A program made the position numbers and the translations under genes. From a virus, in the IMG/VR virus record IMGVR_UViG_3300028438_000001: a stretch of 40,256 nt of DNA; one strand, written 5' to 3'. Shown here piece after piece: positions 16,813 to 24,347 of this stretch; the first letter of the stretch is position 1; each line of letters opens with the position of its first letter. The notes beneath the pieces are model-generated. The model was given only the letters and a program-made list of their open reading frames with translations, had not been told where the DNA came from and did no database searches.

Positions 16813-17289
16813 ATGGACGCCATTGACGCAATCGTGGGTTGGCGCAAGGGCCTCAAATTTCGTGGCATCGCCGAATTACGACACTCTAATTTAGAGAGTG
16901 TTTTGATGTTGCCATGCTATGCACATCTGCGAGCCATCGCGCCCAACTGGAGCCACCATGCTATAGCATGTGTCGCGTTATCCCTAGCAACCGCCAGGAT
17001 GAACGATAAAGAAGACATTTTCTCCGGCCTGGCACATGCCAAGGCGGATTTTCCGAACTCAGGCCAGCGGCATATTTACGATTTCCGATTCGATGCCCTG
17101 CTCAAATCATACGATTGGCCTGAGTTTTACGCGGCATTGAGCACTATTATCAAGGTACTGATGCAACGAAACGGGGGCGCAAACTGGCGTAGCATAGTCC
17201 ATGTAGTGCACGACTTTGACACTGGATCGAACTGGAAAATTTCAGCCGCGGAAAAATATTATTGCTATCAGGGGGCGGATCATGACTAG
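16813..17289 (+). CDS. Helical 158-aa protein resembling the CRISPR type I-E small subunit Cse2/CasB (unverified)
   Basis: GAGGAG RBS. The blocks MDAIDAI, IAELRHS..LP.Y, RFDALLKSYDW, NWRSIVHVVHDF and AAEKYY parallel the Cse2 family layout as I remember it. AT-richer than the flanks. Confidence 0.35.
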   Translation: MDAIDAIVGWRKGLKFRGIAELRHSNLESVLMLPCYAHLRAIAPNWSHHAIACVALSLATARMNDKEDIFSGLAHAKADFPNSGQRHIYDFRFDALLKSYDWPEFYAALSTIIKVLMQRNGGANWRSIVHVVHDFDTGSNWKISAAEKYYCYQGADHD

Positions 17290-17365
17290 CCCCTGCCAAC
17301 CAGCTTTTTGCGCTGCCCGTTTAACCCATCAACGCCCAAGGACGGGCATAGCAGGAGAGAGAAAA

Positions 17366-17530
17366 ATGAATGTAATCAACATCAACGGAATTCATTACAT
17401 CGTGGTTTCCGAAAAGCCATTTTCGCACAATGGTAAACAGCGCACTGTTTTAACCCTGAGATTACCGAAAGGTAAGCGCCACTACGAAGCCGTTATTTAT
17501 GAAAATGGCTCAATCAGCGAGGTAGTGTAA
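17366..17530 (+). CDS. Small hypothetical protein (54 aa)
   Basis: ATG 17366 after CAGGAGAGAG. Same upstream motif as the gene at 16432. Confidence 0.55.
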   Translation: MNVININGIHYIVVSEKPFSHNGKQRTVLTLRLPKGKRHYEAVIYENGSISEVV

Positions 17531-17757
17531 TGGAAATAGCACGCAAGATCAGAATCCACAGAGCCGCAACAACTAGCCGAGAATACGACGCTATCACCGT
17601 TGTAATAGCTGATTTACATCTAAGGTGCGACCTGGTTTGTGACCGGCAGATTCGACTAGCAAACGCACTAGCGGAATCCCATGGAATCCCATTAACCGTG
17701 GACGACACACTAGCGGAAAGAGTACGAAAAGCGCTGCATAGGGAAAAAAATGACTAA
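17530..17757 (+). CDS. Hypothetical protein (75 aa)
   Basis: ORF track. TAATG junction. Confidence 0.55.
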   Translation: MEIARKIRIHRAATTSREYDAITVVIADLHLRCDLVCDRQIRLANALAESHGIPLTVDDTLAERVRKALHREKND

Positions 17758-17920
17758 CCCAGGCGCCGCCCTCCAGTCCCTCCGCCGCCGGGTAGAGAAA
17801 ACCTGCCCGGTGTGCGGAGAAACATTCACCGGCTACGAATACGCGGTCGTATGCCGGAAACCCGCCTGTAAATCGGCCTGGAAACGACGGAAAGCCAAGG
17901 CCAATAAAAAAGCCCCGTAA
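17750..17920 (+). CDS. Small zinc-ribbon protein (56 aa)
   Basis: Hand translation: MTNPGAALQSLRRRVEKTCPVCGETFTGYEYAVVCRKPACKSAWKRRKAKANKKAP. Below the 60-aa track cutoff. Ends at the terminator. Confidence 0.5.
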   Translation: MTNPGAALQSLRRRVEKTCPVCGETFTGYEYAVVCRKPACKSAWKRRKAKANKKAP

Positions 17921-17938
17921 CAGGGGCTTTTCTTTTTT
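17908..17938. terminator. Bidirectional intrinsic terminator between convergent operons
   Basis: aaagcccc-gtaaca-ggggcttt is flanked by an A-run and tcttttttt. Confidence 0.7.
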
Positions 17939-18013
17939 CGGCAGTTGCCGAAGCTTAGCGATTACTATAGCACAAACCGACAGTTTGCAATAGCTCGTGT
18001 TGGCGCGGCTTAA

Positions 18014-18496
18014 TTATGAGTTATGCCGCTTCATCGCGGCTTCTGCCAGGGAAGTGGTTTCTTCTGCCAGGTACGTGCCGAATACGCCGTCATCGGCATC
18101 GAATGCCGAGTAAACAATGCTCATCGCTTCGAGCGCCTTCGCTGCCTGGAACATTATCGAAATCTGCGAGCCGCCGACAGAGCAGGGGCTGCATTCGGAC
18201 GGCTCAATCCCAGTCAGGATGCAATACAACGCGCTGCAAACCATGTCCGTCGTCTCGCCGAAATAGGAGACGTATTCATGACCCGGTCTGTCGGCAAGCA
18301 AAGCCTCTTCTGCATTCGACGCCGCCTCGTGAGCCGCCTTGAATGCCCGCAGGCATGTCAGCACTCCGGCAGCAACCTCCGGCTGCTCAGTGTTCAACGG
18401 TTGCAGCGCCTCCCAAGCAGCCATCATTCCGGCGCGGCTAATGTCCTCACTCTCCTGATCGGTAGGCTCATAGACTTTTCTGGTCGTTTCGCTCAT
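18014..18496 (-). CDS. Acidic hypothetical protein (160 aa)
   Basis: ATG 18496 with a GGAGAAAGAAGAG RBS. The rest follows ORF track 18014..18526. Confidence 0.65.
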   Translation of the reverse strand: MSETTRKVYEPTDQESEDISRAGMMAAWEALQPLNTEQPEVAAGVLTCLRAFKAAHEAASNAEEALLADRPGHEYVSYFGETTDMVCSALYCILTGIEPSECSPCSVGGSQISIMFQAAKALEAMSIVYSAFDADDGVFGTYLAEETTSLAEAAMKRHNS

Positions 18497-18535
18497 CTCT
18501 TCTTTCTCCGTAGTTGGCAACGGCACAACCCAACG

Positions 18536-18961
18536 CTACAGCCGGAAGGACGCGCCGCATGTGTTGCTACCCATATTTTTCTCAATCCGACACACACCGG
18601 ACAGCCAAATCTCAACAACCCGATTGACCGCCCGTTCGTACATACGTTCGCGCGCGTCTCCTGAAATCGATTCCTGATTGACGAATTTACGCCACAGCAC
18701 ATCGTAATACCGATTGCCGCAATGATAATGCCCCCGCAAATGCGCCAACACACGGCCCATCTCCATCACATCGCCCGGAATCCATATCCCCGGCGGCAAC
18801 GGTCGACCGCCACCGCAAGGCGGATGGCTGCCCCCGTCGCGGATGCGCCCGAGGATCGAACGCTCCGCAGCGGCGGCATAGAGCCCTAGCGCCTCGTGCT
18901 CGCCCCACCGGGTGAGCATGTCGATCACGATATCGCGGGGGGTTTTGCGTCGTCTGGTCAT
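18536..18961 (-). CDS. Possible antiterminator Q-like protein (weak)
   Basis: 141 aa. The N-terminal ML.RWGEH and the central Cys/His cluster loosely resemble the Q family. Last regulatory-size gene of the early operon, as in lambdoid phages. Confidence 0.3.
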   Translation of the reverse strand: MTRRRKTPRDIVIDMLTRWGEHEALGLYAAAAERSILGRIRDGGSHPPCGGGRPLPPGIWIPGDVMEMGRVLAHLRGHYHCGNRYYDVLWRKFVNQESISGDARERMYERAVNRVVEIWLSGVCRIEKNMGSNTCGASFRL

Positions 18962-19443
18962 GCGATTCTATCTAACTCGAAACGGTAGACCGCAGCCAAG
19001 AATTTTTCCGGCGTCGACTTTCCCAGCACCGTATTGTAAAAACGCTTATGGTACGCCGCGATCGCCGGCCAGTCGCCCGCCTCCGGCAACGGCTCCGGCC
19101 TGCGCCGGTAATGCAGCCGGCAAAACACCGTGGCATAGCGCAGGTCGTACACCAACCGATCAGCGCTAAACCGCCCGTCGCCGATAACCCGCATGACGCG
19201 ACCGTACAGGTCGGCATTGTGCATCAGCCAGTTGTTGAGGATATCACCATGGGTGGCGGGCTCCATCTGGTAGATGCCGAGCGCCGGCCCACCCCACCGC
19301 TGCTTTAGCCATTGGCCGCATTCCGATTCGTGACATGCCGTGCCAAGTAGCAACTGTTCTGCCGCTTTGCTGTACATTCCCAGCGCGTCTAGCGTCGGGC
19401 GTATGATTAAATCTCGCAGTTGTGCCACATTAATGCCGTTCAT
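18958..19443 (-). CDS. Lysozyme-like / lytic transglycosylase-like protein (candidate endolysin)
   Basis: 161 aa. TACHESECGQ...GGPALGIYQMEPATH resembles the SLT catalytic Glu-Ser and GLMQ motifs. ATGA overlaps on both sides. Confidence 0.4.
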   Translation of the reverse strand: MNGINVAQLRDLIIRPTLDALGMYSKAAEQLLLGTACHESECGQWLKQRWGGPALGIYQMEPATHGDILNNWLMHNADLYGRVMRVIGDGRFSADRLVYDLRYATVFCRLHYRRRPEPLPEAGDWPAIAAYHKRFYNTVLGKSTPEKFLAAVYRFELDRIA

Positions 19444-19598
19444 TTGTCGCCCTCGTCTATGTCATCGTCCGCGCCCGGCTCCCGGACAAAGTCCCGGCAT
19501 TTCTCGTCTCGCCAGGTTTTTCGCTTATGCTGCATGCACCAGCCGGTATACATGTCCCACCGTGCACAATACCGGCATTTGATTTGCTCCGGCCTCAC
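19440..19598 (-). CDS. Small Cys-rich protein (52 aa)
   Basis: GTG 19598 forms a GTGA overlap with the stop of 19595..19900. C-terminal part of ORF 19440..19820 (IKCRYCARWDMYTGWCMQHK..). Confidence 0.45.
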   Translation of the reverse strand: MRPEQIKCRYCARWDMYTGWCMQHKRKTWRDEKCRDFVREPGADDDIDEGDK

Positions 19599-19900
19599 GC
19601 CAACGTCACCCCGTTTACCCGCACCCTCCCGAGCGATCTGCCCACCGGACCGCGCCAGACTCGATCCGGACGCGGAGGCCAGAGGGCGAACAATTGATTT
19701 TGCGACGCACGATTCAGCCGGCTCTTTCGACGTTGATAGTTCAGCCGATTGGCCAAATGCTCGCACTCGACACATTTCCGATTCGAGACGAACCGATTCG
19801 CAACGTGTCCGCGCGAACATGGTTTACCGGTGAAGTAAAACATTTGCCCGCCCGACACGGCGGCGTCCTTGGCTTTCAATCGCTTCCGGCCTGTCCTCAT
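19595..19900 (-). CDS. Zinc-ribbon-like hypothetical protein
   Basis: ATG 19900 in an ATGA overlap. FTGKPCSRGHVANRFVSNRKCVEC motif. Confidence 0.5.
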   Translation of the reverse strand: MRTGRKRLKAKDAAVSGGQMFYFTGKPCSRGHVANRFVSNRKCVECEHLANRLNYQRRKSRLNRASQNQLFALWPPRPDRVWRGPVGRSLGRVRVNGVTLA

Positions 19901-20004
19901 GCCGCCCACCCCCTAACCCACCGCACCCCATGCGGCACGAGCGACACGGCCACGCAGACCAGCGCGACGGCGAACGCCAGGACGGTAATTAGTCGATCGG
20001 TCAT
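19897..20004 (-). CDS. Single-TM micro-protein (35 aa)
   Basis: ATG 20004 in an ATGA overlap. MTDRLITVLAFAVALVCVAVSLV... Confidence 0.4.
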   Translation of the reverse strand: MTDRLITVLAFAVALVCVAVSLVPHGVRWVRGWAA

Positions 20005-20369
20005 GCGGCCTCCAAGTTCAGATAATTCACAATCACGTCCCGCGCCGCTTCCCAACCTGTACACCAAGTTGCGAGATAGCCGGCGCTGCCCAAATATTCC
20101 AGCCATTGCCGTTGCGCCGATGTCGGTTTGTTTCGCCCCACTTTCAATTCCAGGTATAGCCCGTGATAGGGGCCGCGCGGGACCGGGAGCGCCACGTCTG
20201 GGATTCCTGCTTTCGCACCAGCAGCCTTGACCTTACGCGCCACACGGATATCCCGGTGATAGCCGTTCGGCACGGCAAACATCCATTCCAGCTCAGGATG
20301 CTCGCGCCGAACGCTCCATGCCCACCGAAACAGGGCGCATTGCTCCGCATGCTCGCGCTCCCTAGCCAT
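20001..20369 (-). CDS. VRR-NUC domain nuclease
   Basis: 122 aa. E..C..F.W, GIPDVAL and LYLELKVGRNKPTSAQRQW are the PD-(D/E)xK VRR-NUC hallmarks. Confidence 0.8.
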   Translation of the reverse strand: MAREREHAEQCALFRWAWSVRREHPELEWMFAVPNGYHRDIRVARKVKAAGAKAGIPDVALPVPRGPYHGLYLELKVGRNKPTSAQRQWLEYLGSAGYLATWCTGWEAARDVIVNYLNLEAA

Positions 20370-20578
20370 TACCGCCTCTCCCTAACCACCGGCTCGGTTT
20401 TTGGCCAAAACATCTCGCAGATGCCGTGCTCAAAGTCGGCTCCGTCCACCAGATCGTTTAGATGCGCACACCAATAGTCATCAACTATCAGCCCCTCATG
20501 CACCCGCCGATACTCGCAGGTACAGCAGCACACGCCGCGCTCGGGCAACTGACAGGCGCTCACCCCAACACCCGGCAT
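20369..20578 (-). CDS. Small Cys-rich protein (69 aa)
   Basis: Internal ATG 20578 of ORF 20369..20653. Confidence 0.4.
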   Translation of the reverse strand: MPGVGVSACQLPERGVCCCTCEYRRVHEGLIVDDYWCAHLNDLVDGADFEHGICEMFWPKTEPVVRERR

Positions 20579-20676
20579 AAGCTCATCCCAAACGCATGGT
20601 CCAGCGCCATCGCGCCGAAATAGCCGGCGACGAATGCCCCGGCAAACCAACAAATCAACGTCGCTTTTTCACGCAC
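20560..20676 (-). CDS. Possible single-TM micro-protein (38 aa, GTG start)
   Basis: GTGCGTGA overlap with the upstream stop. KATLICWFAGAFVAGYFGAMAL is hydrophobic. Tentative. Confidence 0.25.
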   Translation of the reverse strand: MREKATLICWFAGAFVAGYFGAMALDHAFGMSLCRVLG

Positions 20677-20860
20677 TCTCGTTCTCCTGTTCCTTGATCT
20701 GTAAATAACTCGTCCAGTCCGAGCCTCCGCACATCCGCCCGTAAAACGGCGTGCGCGGACCAATATCGTGCAACGACAAATGCCGTAGGCAGGTCTGCCG
20801 TTTCGGGCAGTCGTGGCCACTGCAACGGGCCATGTCGTGGGGTAGGGTGTATGTGATCAT
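20669..20860 (-). CDS. Small Cys-rich protein (63 aa)
   Basis: ATG 20860 in an ATGA overlap. MARCSGHDCPKRQTCLRH. Confidence 0.5.
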   Translation of the reverse strand: MITYTLPHDMARCSGHDCPKRQTCLRHLSLHDIGPRTPFYGRMCGGSDWTSYLQIKEQENESA

Positions 20861-21207
20861 GCCGCCCTCCTCGGCCTGCCCCGCCGCTTCTGCGTCGCAT
20901 CCCGGTTGATCGTAAACGCCGCCAGACTGTTCGCGTCCTCGACATCCCGCGGAATCTTGGCCGTAGGTTTCGCACCGAACACGATGCGGGACCGTGCCGT
21001 GCCCGACACCGGTGAGCCGTCCAGCCGGTACAATGTCCCGGTGATCCGATCGGCAAACAGCGATTCTCCCAGGATCGTCACCCGGCAGAACTGCCGCCGC
21101 TCGATGGCGCCGAGCATTTCGAGCGGGAGCGATTCGGATTTCAGGCGCTTGAGCCTGTCGACCTCGCGGTGATCCAGGCATGTTGATGTTTCTGTGCTTA
21201 GTTTCAT
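20857..21207 (-). CDS. Hypothetical protein (116 aa)
   Basis: ATG 21207 in an ATGA overlap with the stop of 21204..21656. Confidence 0.55.
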   Translation of the reverse strand: MKLSTETSTCLDHREVDRLKRLKSESLPLEMLGAIERRQFCRVTILGESLFADRITGTLYRLDGSPVSGTARSRIVFGAKPTAKIPRDVEDANSLAAFTINRDATQKRRGRPRRAA

Positions 21208-21656
21208 GCCGCAAACCTCAAAACTTGATCGACAACATCGTCTAGATCCTCCCGCGTCCACGTGGTCAAAACCTTCTGCAAAATCACATTGATCACCGCC
21301 GAATACAGCCGCTCGAACTCGTCCTCCTCCATGTTCGCGAACGCTATGCTTTTCGCCTTCAGCCGCACCGAACCGCCCAGACTAGCCACAACGTCGTAAT
21401 ACCCGGCCAGGATCGTGACCTCCTCGCGGAACCGATCCATGTTTTTTTCGACCGCCCGGCCCTTGTATTCGGCGCTTGGTGTCCAGTAGTCGAACCCGAC
21501 GTTGAGCAGGGCAAAAAATTTCCGGTGAAATTTCGGATTGCGCGGCTTGGTGACCTTGGCCTGCACGATCTCGCCCACGCCAAACCGCTTGGCCTCTTCC
21601 GCGTCCAGCGGGTAGGCCGGCATGAAAGAACCGTTCGGGCGCTTGACGAGGTACAT
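21204..21656 (-). CDS. DUF1367-like phage protein
   Basis: KPRNPKFHRKFFALL...TILAGYY...RLKAKSIAFANMEEDEFERLY matches my recollection of DUF1367. ATG 21656 shares one nt with the dnaB stop. Confidence 0.6.
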   Translation of the reverse strand: MYLVKRPNGSFMPAYPLDAEEAKRFGVGEIVQAKVTKPRNPKFHRKFFALLNVGFDYWTPSAEYKGRAVEKNMDRFREEVTILAGYYDVVASLGGSVRLKAKSIAFANMEEDEFERLYSAVINVILQKVLTTWTREDLDDVVDQVLRFAA

Positions 21657-22957
21657 CAGTCGCCACACCTGTCACCGCCGGTTTCCGCCATCCGATCGCC
21701 CCACATCATTTTTTCCGCAACGTACGACGCCCGGACCTTGCCAATCGGCCCATGCCGGTTTTTCTCAATCAGGATTTCGGCCTCCGTGGGATCGGCATTC
21801 TCGTCGTACACATGTTCGCGGTAGAGGAACGTAACGATATCGGCCTCTTGCTCGATCTCGCCGGAATCCCGGAGGTCCGAGAGCACCGGACGCTTGTCGG
21901 CACGGCGTTCGCATTCGCGCGATAGTTGCGCCAGGCAAACCACCGGAATATCGAGCTCGCGGGCAATCGTTTTCATGGCCGCCGCCATTTTCCCGACCTC
22001 TCGCGTACGGGAAACGTCCGCCTCGTCAGGCGTCAGCCGCGTCAGGAAATCGACAAACAGCACGTCCAGTCCGCCCGAGAGTTGCCAAGCCTTGGCCTGC
22101 ATCATGATGTCGCTCGGAGTGCACGCCGGTTTGTCGTAGAGCATGATCGGGAGGGCCTGCAAGCGCCCTGCTCCCTCGGCCAGTTCTCGGAAATCCCTGT
22201 CCGTGAACTTCCCGGTCCGCAACACATTCGCCGGCAAATCAGCCGCCAGCGACAACGCGCGTAGGCCCAACTGAACGGACGGCATTTCCGCCGAGATAAT
22301 CCCAGCGCGCCGCCCGCGTAGCGCGGCTCGGTAGGCCGACGTCAGCATCAGCGCGGTTTTACCCATAGCAGGGCGAGCCGCGACAATGATCAGATCGGAT
22401 TTGTGATACCCGCCCATGACGCGATCCAGCCCGCCAATCCCGGTAGGCACTCCGACGATCCCGCCCCGCTTGGCGGCCTCATGCACAGCTTCGGCCTGAT
22501 CCAACGCCGCCGCCATCCAACCCGTGGCGTCTACCGCATAGCCCGCGCCGTCGCGGTCCAGCTCGGCAATCCGAGCAATCAACCGCGCCGCGATCTCGTC
22601 CGCCGTGCCAGTCCTTGCGTGCAAGTCCTCGGCCGATTTCGCCAGCAACTCGGCCAGGGCCCGGCTCCGCGCCTCGGATTTCAGCAACCCGCAGTAGTGC
22701 GCCAGGTTCGATACGCTGCCAGCCGTGTCCTTCCACAACGACGCCACGATTGAAACCGCGTCCTGCCGTCCCAGGCGTTCCGCCACGTTGAACACGTCCG
22801 GTTCCTGTCCAGCCGCCACCGCCGCCCGCATGGACTGGAAAATCAGGCCGCAAGTCGGGTTCTGGAAATGATCGGCACGGATGTCGACGCGAACAATTTG
22901 CTCCGGATGGCGTAGCAGAATGCCGAGGATGATTTGTTCGATGTCGAATGCGTTCAT
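21656..22957 (-). CDS. dnaB: Replicative DNA helicase (DnaB family)
   Basis: 433 aa. GVPTGIGGLDRVMGG...LIIVAARPAMGKTAL is the Walker A motif, followed by the RecA-like C-terminal motifs. Confidence 0.9.
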   Translation of the reverse strand: MNAFDIEQIILGILLRHPEQIVRVDIRADHFQNPTCGLIFQSMRAAVAAGQEPDVFNVAERLGRQDAVSIVASLWKDTAGSVSNLAHYCGLLKSEARSRALAELLAKSAEDLHARTGTADEIAARLIARIAELDRDGAGYAVDATGWMAAALDQAEAVHEAAKRGGIVGVPTGIGGLDRVMGGYHKSDLIIVAARPAMGKTALMLTSAYRAALRGRRAGIISAEMPSVQLGLRALSLAADLPANVLRTGKFTDRDFRELAEGAGRLQALPIMLYDKPACTPSDIMMQAKAWQLSGGLDVLFVDFLTRLTPDEADVSRTREVGKMAAAMKTIARELDIPVVCLAQLSRECERRADKRPVLSDLRDSGEIEQEADIVTFLYREHVYDENADPTEAEILIEKNRHGPIGKVRASYVAEKMMWGDRMAETGGDRCGD

Positions 22958-23760
22958 GTCAGAAAATCACGTGCTCGGGTTTTTGGTTCCGTCCGCGCCA
23001 TCGATGCATTGCTGATTGCGGCAACTCTAGGCGCTCTGTCCTGGGCTCTGCTCAACCAACCCGTCAGGAATCTGGCGTAGTTGGATTTTCGGTTCTTCGG
23101 GTTTGCAATCAACCAAGCTGCTGCCCTTGCAAGCTCGGCATCCAGACTGAGGGCTGGATAGGCTCTCTGCCAAGCATCCCGTAGTCCGGGTGTTATGTGC
23201 AGAAATTGAATCCCGTCGAACTCGATTTTTTTTGTTTCGGCAGAAGAAACGAACGAAGTGAGTTTCTTCTCTTGGTTTCTTCTTGGTTTCTTCTTGGTTT
23301 CTTCTTTGCCCGTTACCAATTCGGTAACCGTTAAGTTACCGATTCGGTAACCGTTTAGTTCCGATTCGGTAACCGTTTCTGATTCGGTAACCGTTTCTGA
23401 TTCGGTAACCGTTTCTGATTCGGTAACCGTTTCATTGGCATCTAACGCGATTTTCAACGCCTCTGTGATTTCTGTAGGAACCGTGATTTTGTACTGAGTG
23501 GGCGACGATCTGCCGCCGCTTCCGCACTTTTCTAGCCATCCGAGCCTGACTAATTCAGTGGTCGCCGTGGAAATCTTGCAGAGAGGCAATCCGCACCGTA
23601 CCGCCAAAGTTTCTCTTTTCGGGAAAATCACATCGGTTCCGCGTGAACGGAACGATAGCAGGGCTATCAGAACGCGAATATGTGTCAGAGATAGCCGCTT
23701 ATCGAATGCTATTTCGACCGGTACAAAAGAAAACGGGAGACGATCGGCTGTCACGCTCAA
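22954..23760 (-). CDS. Replication initiator (lambda O-like, winged-helix N-terminus) containing the origin iterons
   Basis: ORF track 22954..23778. There is no ATG near the N-terminus. TTG 23760 gives a TTGA overlap with the upstream stop. The internal ETVTES x4 is encoded by the iterons. Confidence 0.65.
   Translation of the reverse strand: MSVTADRLPFSFVPVEIAFDKRLSLTHIRVLIALLSFRSRGTDVIFPKRETLAVRCGLPLCKISTATTELVRLGWLEKCGSGGRSSPTQYKITVPTEITEALKIALDANETVTESETVTESETVTESETVTESELNGYRIGNLTVTELVTGKEETKKKPRRNQEKKLTSFVSSAETKKIEFDGIQFLHITPGLRDAWQRAYPALSLDAELARAAAWLIANPKNRKSNYARFLTGWLSRAQDRAPRVAAISNASMARTEPKTRARDFLT
23264..23306. repeat. Three 11-bp repeats (tttcttcttgg) next to the iterons (possible unwinding element)
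   Basis: Read directly: tttcttctcttggtttcttcttggtttcttcttggtttcttcttt. Confidence 0.5.
23319..23431. repeat. Six iterons ATTCGGTAACCGTT (putative ori)
   Basis: Copies start at 23319, 23342, 23364, 23382, 23400 and 23418. The last four are spaced 18 bp apart. All lie within the initiator gene. Confidence 0.75.
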
Positions 23761-23909
23761 ATCCCCAACTGCTCGCAAATCACCCGCATAGCCGCCTCAT
23801 ACTCAGCTGGCGTAGCGGCTGGGTGAGCGTCAATCCATTCCCGTTTCAGGATTTCGTAAAGAGCCCAAAAATCGGAATCCTGCCGCATGTTTTCCGCTGG
23901 TGTACTCAT
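23757..23909 (-). CDS. Small hypothetical protein (50 aa)
   Basis: ATG 23909 in an ATGA overlap. MSTPAENMRQDSDFWALYEILKREW... Confidence 0.5.
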   Translation of the reverse strand: MSTPAENMRQDSDFWALYEILKREWIDAHPAATPAEYEAAMRVICEQLGI

Positions 23910-23995
23910 GCCAGCAACCCTATCGCGCCGAGGAACCCGGCCAGCAGGCACAGCACGGCGACAGCGATTAATTCCCGTTCGGTGTAAACGTTCAT
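23906..23995 (-). CDS. Single-TM micro-protein (29 aa)
   Basis: ATGA overlaps at both ends. MNVYTERELIAVAVLCLLAGFLGAIGLLA. Confidence 0.35.
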   Translation of the reverse strand: MNVYTERELIAVAVLCLLAGFLGAIGLLA

Positions 23996-24207
23996 GCCGC
24001 ACCCTTTTTAAACGTCGTTCGGGTAATTCCCCAGCGCGACGCCAGAAACTGTATGTCGTCCAGCGATATGCCTAGATTTGAAGCCGCCTGTTTCTCCGTT
24101 CGATACGCCAGCGCGAATTCGACAAGCCTCGGAGTCGCGCCCTTTTCCAAAAGCCAGGATAATCTACAGCTATCATCTTCCGGGCATCGCCCGATAATAC
24201 TGCTCAT
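23992..24207 (-). CDS. Hypothetical protein with a possible HTH (71 aa)
   Basis: Internal ATG 24207 (ATGA overlap) of ORF 23992..24276. Confidence 0.5.
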   Translation of the reverse strand: MSSIIGRCPEDDSCRLSWLLEKGATPRLVEFALAYRTEKQAASNLGISLDDIQFLASRWGITRTTFKKGAA

Positions 24208-24347
24208 ATAACCATGCTCATGCCGGTGAATATCCCTATCCCAAACATCGCCGCGCCGGTGCCGATAACCCACCATAATGAGTATTTCGGATCGGACCAG
24301 GTGTAGATAATCGCTATGCGTTCGAGAAATCTGAGGATGGTTTTCAT
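24204..24347 (-). CDS. Small membrane protein (47 aa)
   Basis: Hand translation: MKTILRFLERIAIIYTWSDPKYSLWWVIGTGAAMFGIGIFTGMSMVI. ATGA overlaps at both ends. Confidence 0.4.
   Translation of the reverse strand: MKTILRFLERIAIIYTWSDPKYSLWWVIGTGAAMFGIGIFTGMSMVI

Noticed and set aside
20655-21261. Long track ORFs 20655..21056, 20669..21214 and 20857..21261 taken at full length
   Set aside because: They overlap one another. Only the segments that begin at the ATGA-coupled ATGs (21207 and 20860) give non-overlapping, plausible proteins.
22741-22760. gattgaaac string resembling the 3' end of some CRISPR repeats (possible solitary repeat unit)
   Set aside because: It is a single occurrence inside dnaB coding sequence, with no adjacent stem-forming repeat body.
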